DNA of 64,000 bases from the human T2T-CHM13v2.0 reference genome, Homo sapiens. Position 1 is the first letter of the stretch. Each line of letters begins with the position of its first letter. The position numbers were made by a program, and so were the translations under genes. The stretch is taken from NCBI RefSeq assembly GCF_009914755.1, contig NC_060926.1. One strand, written 5' to 3'. This document shows positions 54,481-64,000 of this stretch, piece after piece. The notes beneath the pieces are model-generated. The model saw only the letters and a list, made by a program, of their open reading frames with translations, had not been told where the DNA came from and searched no databases.

Positions 54481-54736
54481 CTCTAAAATGTTCATTTCAG
54501 AATAATCATGGCATGTAAAGAAAACTTTTGAGGAGATAAAGAATTGATCTTTGAAAGATAAATTTATGTTTATTTCTAATGCCATAAATATAAATATTTT
54601 TAATCACATGGAATCACCGTAATAATAGCTAAACTAATATGTTTGTGGAATTGCAAATAGAAAGTATTGGTTGGATAAATAATGCAGTGGCGTATCAGTG
54701 TTTTCCATTATTTGGAAGGGGAAGTAATGTTATTAA

Positions 54737-55093
<357 letters not shown>

Positions 55094-56532
55094 CTGAAAA
55101 AATTATTTCTAATACCAATTATAGAACATAATTATTTGAATTCCAGTTTCAATAATAGTAAATTATAGTGAGCTGTCTACACATATTCATTTTACTTAAT
55201 CTACAGAGGCTATTTACTGTAATTTTTTAAAATGCTAATCTATAGGACTGTGTACTTGTGTTTTTAAACACACGAGCGGGTAAACAAAAATAGTTTACTA
55301 CTATTTATTATGTCATTCAGAAGGATTCTTAATATCAAGAAAGTGCTACATCCCACTAAAGTTCTAAGTCTTTTATTTCCCATTATAGCCTATCACATAA
55401 TAGTAATTCCAATTTACTAATGATCCTATAACGAGTGAACATCTGCTGGTTATTTTTTATATTTCTAAATGCAAAAAGCTCATTTTGTTACCTTTCTCAT
55501 GAAATCATAGTCTGTGCTTACAAAACCTTTCAGATTGCATGGATTCCAGTGACGAATCCAGCCAGATACTTGTAAAATGAGAATATAACATTGTAATCGT
55601 GGTGCAGAATGCTTTGTCTTATTTCACATCCCTGTGCAGTAGTGGGAACATGAGGACTCAACCGATGTCAGAAGCATCCAGTCTTCGGCTTGGCTCTGTC
55701 CAAGTGTAAATGATCCTCAGTGTCTTGCACTGAGTCGTGAGTGTCTGTGGCTCTGTTGGGTGTTACAATAGCACCTCATAATGATAAGATTATCGAGGAC
55801 TAGGTACATTCACCTGTCTGCTTTATGTCACTGTTAACAAAAACTGTGCACTTTTGTCTAAGGTATTCATGGGCTCCATAAAGAAATAGAGCTTAGACTC
55901 TGCTAAAAATGATAATAATAATGAGAAATTGGCCAGTGCCTAAAAAGCTGAAATCCTCAAAAGGGAATTTTGCAATAGCAATCACAGTGTCATCTTTAAA
56001 GTTGGTTTCCATGGCCCCCTCCTTGGTGTGCTTACCTTCCTCTTTAACCTGGTGTTTGTGGAGGGCTCTGTGGAGTTCAGACTTTTCCTCACCATGTGCC
56101 GTTGCTCCATGAGGGATAGCTGTGTCCAGTATTGGGTGTATAATGACAGAACACTGACCTGTGCTTTCCTGTCAGCTCGGCAAGGAAGTAGCTCTCTAAT
56201 GGGGGCGAATCACATTTCCTTTTGGACTCTGTTTCCTCGGTTTTGAAATGAGGTTTGGCTGGATAATCTCCCAGTTATAAGATTGTATAAACCTGTGGTC
56301 TTCGTTATAGCAAGAGGGGAGCCAGTAGCTAAAACCCACATTGATTCGTTTAGTTTCTTTCCATGTCACATTGCTGTCCAGGGTAGGTAATAATCATTCA
56401 CTTTAGAAGCTTTATGCATGTGTTAACTTTCTTGCCTCTCCTCACTAACCAACATGTAATTAGCACTCTTATTCAGGTCCATTTGCTTTTAGTTGTGATT
56501 TGATTAACTGAACTAACAGGATGGGAGCAATC

Positions 56533-56845
56533 TTTTTTTTTTGAGACAGACTCTCACTCTGTTGCCCAGGCTGGCGTGCAGTGGCGCGATCTCGGCTCAC
56601 TACAACCTCCCGCCCCCAGATTGAAGCAGTTCTGTGCCTCAGCCTCCTAGGTTCAAGCAATTCTCTGCCCAGCCTCAGCTGGGATTACAGGCGCCTGCCA
56701 CCATGCCCAGCTAATTTTTGGATTTTTAGTAGAGTCGGGGTTTCACCACCTTGGCCAGGCTTGTCTTGAACTCCTGACCTCGTGATCTACGTGCCTCAGC
56801 CTCCCAAAGTGCTGGAATTACAGGCATGCGCCACCGTGCCTGGCC
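56533..56845 (-). mobile_element. AluS-like element with internal ~30-bp duplication
   Basis: Antisense dimer; repeated ...ttcaagcaattctc...cagcctc unit at 56612-56676. Confidence 0.9.
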
Positions 56846-57703
56846 AATCTTACCTTTTTATAATTACTTACTTTGTTAATGATTTGCTATTTTTTTAAAA
56901 GCAAATATATGCTGACTGGCTTCAGATATGTTTGTCCTTTCTCTTATATTTGGGATATACCCTTAATTGATATTTTTACAAGTGACAGATTTTACTTACC
57001 AATAATGGAAGTCACAAACTTCTGAGCATCATAATATAGAAAATATTCAGTCTTTTTAAGAAATTGAAATGTTTGGGTTTGAAGTATACCTTTTTATCAT
57101 GAGTCCCATGTGTAAACATTAGTTATTAGCAGTTTGAATCAAAATATTTAAAATGATTTAAGGTTCATGTACTACTAACTTTGTACTTTTTCTTTATACT
57201 AGAAAGAAGGTAAACAAGAATCTGGTATGTGAGTTCTTATAAAAACAGTTTTTGGGTTTGATTTTTTTTAAAAGAAAGGAAAAACAATGATAAATAGTAT
57301 TTCATAATAATGTTAGTTCACTGATAATATTACAAAACTTATAGCACAAAACTTCCAGTGTTTTTCTGTAAAAATTATATGTGAGTTAATTGACATTTCA
57401 AAACAGCTTTTAAACATCAGCCTTTACCAAGTACATTATATAGGCGTTCTCTTAGATGTTGGGATTCAAAGAGGTGCGAGATGGTGGGCTTTGTGCCCAG
57501 AGAGAAGCTGATTGTCCACTGAATGAGACTGGCAGGTCCGCAGGATAGGAAGAGAGCAGCATGAACCACTGCTCATATAAAGCTTTTAAAGTGAAAATGA
57601 TATAATAATAAGTCATTCTCTGTTTGATCAGCATCATAAAATAGCTTACTGGAGGATGAATCTCAGTGTATCAAATCATTTAATTTTTTGTTATTTTTCT
57701 TAG

Positions 57704-58060
<357 letters not shown>

Positions 58061-58154
58061 AGAGAAAGTTGTATTTAAAATATATATATGCAGTCCTTTT
58101 CACGTGTGGCATTTCTCTTTGGTAAAACTTACTAGTTTTAGTGTTTAGACTTAA

Positions 58155-58491
<337 letters not shown>

Positions 58492-58574
58492 GGTTAGGAA
58501 TTTAATTAGGGTTTATGTTTTTAACCTCACTGTGATTGTCTCAGTTCTTAACGATGTAATTTTTGTGCCTCTAG

Positions 58575-58763
58575 GCTTACGGAGTTCCTATGCTAGTCAG
58601 CATAGTCAGCTTGGGCAAGACCTTCGTTCTGCCGTGTCTCCCGACTTGCACATTACTCCTATATATGAGGGGAGGACCTATTACAGCCCAGTGTACCGCA
58701 GCCCAAACCATGGAACTGTGGAGCTCCAAGGATCGCAGACGGCGTTGTATCGCACAGGTTCAG
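58575..58763 (+). CDS. PKP4: PKP4 coding exon (exon 8, 189 nt): (G)LRSSYASQHSQLGQDLRSAVSPDLHITPIYEGRTYYSPVYRSPNHGTVELQGSQTALYRTGS(V)
   Basis: ttttgtgcctctag| acceptor; donor CAG|gtgggc at 58764; ORF 58532..58795. Confidence 0.96.
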
Positions 58764-59959
58764 GTGGGCATCAACTCTGTTTACTGGTTTCCTGATTTCA
58801 TAGGCCCCACAGTAGAAGTGTTTTATTGAGATTGGGTTCCCTGTTAGAAGGAAATCATGTTGCCCATTTGGTTGTCAGATAAGCAGCTGTGACAGCAGAT
58901 CAATAAGCAATAAAACAGGTTCATTTAGTACCTATTTATAGGTGATATATTTTTACCTTAGTACATTCTAATCAATGAACATAGTGATTATACTGTTAAT
59001 TCAGGAATAAGTTTGTAAAACTGTAAATCTGACTCTCCTCGGGTTAGATGCATATTCAGTATCAAAAGGAAAGCCTTGTTGGAATATTTCTTTGTAATTC
59101 TTTTGCCAAACAAGTTTTTGGAGAAAATCCATACATGAGTTACTTGGCCATCTTTGATTTAGCAAGCATGAAGCCCAAGTGTATTTGGCATTACTCCTTT
59201 TTTAATGTTGGATGTTCTCTGAATAGTTAAATGTAGAATGTAAAATAGATACCCCTTGCAATGGACTCAAACTGGTACAGGATTCAATAGCGACATTTAT
59301 AAAAGCAGGGAGCTGGAGCATCACACCCTTGTACCGCCAGTCCTCATGTTTATGCCATACCATCAAGGCTCATACAGCAGATGCTGTAGCCCATGGTGGT
59401 GTGAGCTGCCAGGTTGTGCTGCACGGCTAGCTCATGGAGTCTCAAGACTACTTTTTTTTTTTTAGTAAGTATCACAAATTTATTAACATGCTTACAAATG
59501 AACCCTAGGTAGCAATAATAACCCCTCAAAGGTACAACTCTAGAACACCAGAGTGGGGAAGACTGTATCTGAATTTGTTTTTTGCAGGAAACTGACAGTT
59601 TGATCCACTGAGGGATTTATCTTCTAATAAAATGTACCATTTCTAATAGACGTTAATAAAGAAATATTTCGCTTTTCCTTATGTCTGTAAATTGAGGAAT
59701 TCCTTTAATAAGACTAAGAAATAGATATTGTTTAAAATCTTTTTAATTGCAGGAAGATATGTACACAGTTACTGGAGGGATACCCACTGAAATAATTAGT
59801 AAAGTCATTTTAAATACAGTGTAGAGTATCTTTGTAATAGCATCATACAGTAATTTAGGGGAGTAGCTGTAGAATCATTTGATATATCAGTCTTCTTTCC
59901 CTCTTGTGAAGTAGATTTTCCAGTGTTATTACAATCCACAGGTCTAGAAATAAAATGTA

Positions 59960-60460
59960 TAATAGTCTGTCTGTATCCATGGAGAATACGTTCCAAAACC
60001 ATCAGTGGATGCCTGAAATGGCAGATGGTACTGAACCCTGTATATACTATGTGTTTTCCTATACATTCATTCATGTGATAAAGTTTAATTTATAAATCAG
60101 GCACAGTAAGAGATTAACAACAATAACAAAGAATGAAATAGAACAATTAAGTAAAATAAGGGTTGTTTAAACACAAGCACTGCAGTACTGAGACAGTAAA
60201 TCTAATAGTCAAGACAGCTGCTAAGTGACTAACAGACTAGTAGCATCTATAGCATGGGTACACTGGACAAAGGGATTATTCACGTCCCAGTGGGATCACA
60301 GCTGAATGGCACAGATTTCATCATGTTACTCAGAATGGTGTGCAATTTAAAACTTATGAATTACTTGTTTCTGGAATTTTCCATTTGATATTTTTGGACA
60401 ATTGACCACGGGTAACTGAAACCATGGAAAGCAAAACCAAAAGATAAGGATGGACTACTG
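59960..60460 (-). mobile_element. MER44B-like (Tigger7 family, TcMar) DNA transposon
   Basis: Ends ...ggtaactgaaaccatggaaagcaaaacc...gataaggatggactactg|ta; left end ta|taatagtc; internal gggattattcacgtccc and aaaacttatgaatt motifs; TA flanks. Confidence 0.85.
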
Positions 60461-60891
60461 TAGAATAAAATAAGTAACCTGGGTACACGAAGTGTTAAAA
60501 TTTTGATGGTTTTAATTACTTACAAATTTGAATAAATATCTTGTTTTTACCACTAGAATGAAATTAATAAATTTTGCTATTTTATCATTTATCTCTAAGA
60601 TTCTTATATTTCTCTCAGTTTTGTTACTGAACCTCAATGAACATACTATATAAGCAGATTTGTAGTTTCACTTTTGCTGTTTCTTGCTAAAAAATTAACA
60701 AAATATTTATGTACATTAAAAACTTAAGTACCCTTTTTAGCACTAATAAGGTAGAATTTTAAAATATAAAAGTAAGCGATTTATATAATTGCCAAAAAAT
60801 ATAGTCCTTAAAATTAAAAATGTTTTACCTTTAATTAAAGTGTGATCTCATGGAGAACATACTAATCTTTTTCAAAATGTTGACTTTCTAG

Positions 60892-61111
60892 TAGGTATTG
60901 GAAATCTACAAAGGACATCCAGCCAACGAAGTACCCTTACATACCAAAGAAATAATTATGCTCTGAACACAACAGCTACCTACGCGGAGCCCTACAGGCC
61001 TATACAATACCGAGTGCAAGAGTGCAATTATAACAGGCTTCAGCATGCAGTGCCGGCTGATGATGGCACCACAAGATCCCCATCAATAGACAGCATTCAG
61101 AAGGACCCCAG
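60892..61111 (+). CDS. PKP4: PKP4 coding exon (exon 9, 220 nt): (V)GIGNLQRTSSQRSTLTYQRNNYALNTTATYAEPYRPIQYRVQECNYNRLQHAVPADDGTTRSPSIDSIQKDP(R)
   Basis: Branch-like tactaat (60860-66), ttctag|tag| tandem acceptor; ends at CAG|gcgagt (GC donor); translation continues exon 8 frame; absent from the ORF track. Confidence 0.93.
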
Positions 61112-62984
61112 GCGAGTACCAGTTAGGAGTCTCTAGAAGGCTACAGTATTGCAGGAGTCAGCCAGTTCCTCCATTTTGACTTTTTTAAGTTGCTAAGTCT
61201 ATTATACTATCATTATACTATCATTAATTCCATATATATTAATACTTCCAGTTGTATTCCAGCTATATAGGTCATTGAGGTTAATTTCATTTTAAAGATA
61301 GATTCCTTCTTTCCATCCTTTCATAATAAGTTAGAGAAGGCACAGATCCATGGGAATATCTGCAGCATTCATCACTGAAATATTTCATCAAGACAACAAC
61401 CTGGAATAGCCTCTTGGAATTAAACAAGGCTTTGAAAGATCAATTTACCCTTTGCCCTTATCCTGACCGACTTCTTCGATAACAGCTTCAAAAAATGGAT
61501 TTGGTTATTACAAACTAGAGAAAGACCCGTGTTACATGTTTTCAATCATAGTGGTCAACAATATATAACGCTGTTATTAACCAGGTCCTTTGAAAACAAT
61601 TTGTGACATTTAGGAGAAGACAGTCTTTATAAGAAATTCTATCTAATAAGCAAAAAGTGTTTGGCAAATCATAGACGTTTCCTCCTTCTGATTTTATTTG
61701 GCCCTGTAGACAGCATTTTTTATTAAGATAATATGAGTCATTTAATACTTGATTGATTTTGAAAAACTGACCTTGTCCTTAAAGCCATTTAAAATATTCA
61801 GGAAATAAAGATATTTTGAAACTAAAAGAATTTTCATTTCTGAAAGAGTGAAATTGTTGCTAAATTTTAAGCAGCTTTAGTGTTATTTTAAGGCGTGTAT
61901 GCAAGATTTCATTCACTCTTCGCCCACAAATAGTTGCTTCACTGGAAAATTGTTATAATTATCAATTCATTTTTAGCAGCCTACCAACTTGTTTTAATGA
62001 ATGTGAATTAAAATGATGAGTGAGGTTTTGGTCATTAAAACAAAATGACTAAAGATACCTTAAAGTTGAGTGGGAAATCCACTGCTTCACTAAAACCGCT
62101 TCACTTATTCACTTCTATTCCTGAAATTCTTTAAGCTATATAAATGCATTTGGTTCTGCTACTCCTGGTTTGCCACCTTTTTGTCATTTTTAAGGAGTTT
62201 CAAAAATAACTTGTCTAATAACACCTACAGCTTGTCAGAGATACTCTTACTGATTTTGTTTTTTCAAATCCTCAAAATGACAAAGACCTAAGGCACCCAA
62301 ATAGATGCAGAAATTCCCAAAAGAGTTTTGAATTGTAGGTAATTTAGACCATCCCTTGGCTGGACCTGAAGAGAAAATAATAGCTACCTAGAAAGGCAGT
62401 GAAGTGTGATGAGAACTTTGAGTTTAATATGTGTCCCTGAAGACTTCAGTTTTGACCTCTAATGTGAGTTGATTCTCTATAAACAAGGACTTCATGTATG
62501 ATAATATACCTCAGCTATTCATAGTGTGATAATTTCATAGTCTAATGCATAAAACTGATGGCTGTCTTTGATTATGTGAAACTTTACTGATAATGCATTT
62601 CGTAAGGTGAATAAGTGATTATTTGGTAGGTGCATTTATTCTAGCTAAAACTGGAATTCAGGTGACTTTGAAGTTTGAATATTTAAACCAAAATTAAAAG
62701 CTCATGACAACTGTTAATTTTTAGTTTTGAAAATAGCAATTTGAAGTAATAGTTTTATTCACTTGTAAGCCTTTATTATTAATGCTACATTACAGTTGGC
62801 CTGAAAAATTCTCTTTAAGACTGAGGAAGTTATTGATCTTTACTGTATAAAAGGAAATCTGTGAGTTTTTTTATAGTTGTCTACTTGGAAACCATATTTA
62901 TTAATAACATCAATGATGCTTCTGAAAGGAGTAACGTAAAAGACTTCCTGTGTATTCACGTTTCCATCTCAACTCATTTCCCTT

Positions 62985-64000
62985 TGGCCTAAAGAACTTC
63001 CTTTAGCCTTTCTTGTCTTGCATTTCTGCTTGTAACAAATTCTCTCAGCTTTAGTTTATCTGAAAATATTTCACTTGTTTTTTTAAAGGATTTTTTTTTT
63101 GCTAGATATATAATTCAGGATTTACAGGTGTGCATTTTTTTCTTTCTGTATTTTAAAAGATGTCATTCATTGTCTTCAGATCTCCGTTGTTTCTGTTGAT
63201 AAGGCAGACATCATGTGCATTCTTCTCATTATGTAATGTGTCTTTTCTTTGGCTGCTTTTCAGATTTTTCTCTAGCTTTCAGCTGTTTTATTCTGGTGAG
63301 CCTAAGTATAATTTTCTTTGCATTTAACCTGCTTAGGGTTCACTGAGATTCTTGGAATGTAGGTTGATGTTTTTGTCAAAATTGGGAAATTTTCAGCCAT
63401 TAATTCTTTAAGTTTTTTTTTCTGCCCCAAACTCTCTTTTCTCCTTCTAGGACTTGAATTAAACACATAGGATCACTTTATTATTTTGCAGATTACTGAA
63501 TCTGTCTTCATTTTTTAAATCTTTTTTCCCTGTATTCTTGTAATCAGAAATTTTTATTAATGCCTTCAAATTTAGTGTTCTTTGTCCTATAGACTACAAT
63601 CTATTGTGAAGCCCTTGCAAATTTGTTTTTATTTCCAATCCTTGAATTTGGTTCCTTTTATATATTCCATGTTCCTATGAGATTCTCCATCTCTTCACTC
63701 CTTATATACATCTTTTTCTTTAAGTCTTTGACACATTTATCATAACCATTTAAAATATTTCCTCTGATAAGTTCAACATCTGGGGTGAGTCTGGGTCTGT
63801 TTCTATTGGTTGCCTTTTTTACATATTTATAAGTCATATGTTTCTGTTTCTTCTCATGTTTAGTCATTTTAAATTATATACTGACGGTTGTAGATGATAC
63901 ATTATAGGGAATCTGGATTAAGTTGTCTCCTGTTAGGGTGCTGAGTTTTGTTGTGGCAGAGAACTAAATTACTGGCAGATCCTTTCAATCCCATCAAGAT
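62985..64000 (-). mobile_element. Old L1 (L1MC/ME) 5'/ORF1-region fragment
   Basis: ctaaagaacttcctttagc...acaaattctctcagc...gggttcactgagattcttggaa...caacatctggggtgagtctgggtctgtttctatt; ORF 63658..63867(-) is decayed L1-ORF1-like. Confidence 0.75.

Overview
Primate (almost certainly human) genomic DNA lying entirely inside the plus-strand plakophilin-4 gene (PKP4/p0071). Seven coding exons were read directly from splice sites and translation: 4073-4185, 29882-29916, 47793-47924, 48034-48224, 51681-52230, 58575-58763 and 60892-61111. They join in one open frame encoding the N-terminal coiled-coil and Ser/Thr/Pro/Arg-rich head domain up to '...IQKDPR', just before the armadillo repeats. Exon numbers (3-9) are recalled from the canonical transcript. 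The rest is intron, filled with Alu, L1, L2, MIR, ERVL/MaLR LTR and MER DNA-transposon remnants, microsatellites, and an antisense polyadenylated retrocopy of the 28S rRNA 3' end (~10.65-11.09 kb). I found no prokaryotic-type system, CRISPR array or novel protein-coding gene. The most interesting signals concern splicing: (1) the 28S rRNA retrocopy appears to have acquired a branch point/pyrimidine tract/AG plus a new GTAAG donor, making a candidate rRNA-derived cryptic exon; (2) exon 9 combines a NAGNAG acceptor, a reconstitutable AG|GT site and a GC donor; (3) there are tandem donors, a retainable 109-nt intron, a frame-shifting 35-nt exon and inverted Alus that could favour circRNA. These are hypotheses from sequence only. 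Old-repeat boundaries and subfamily names are approximate and were assigned by eye.
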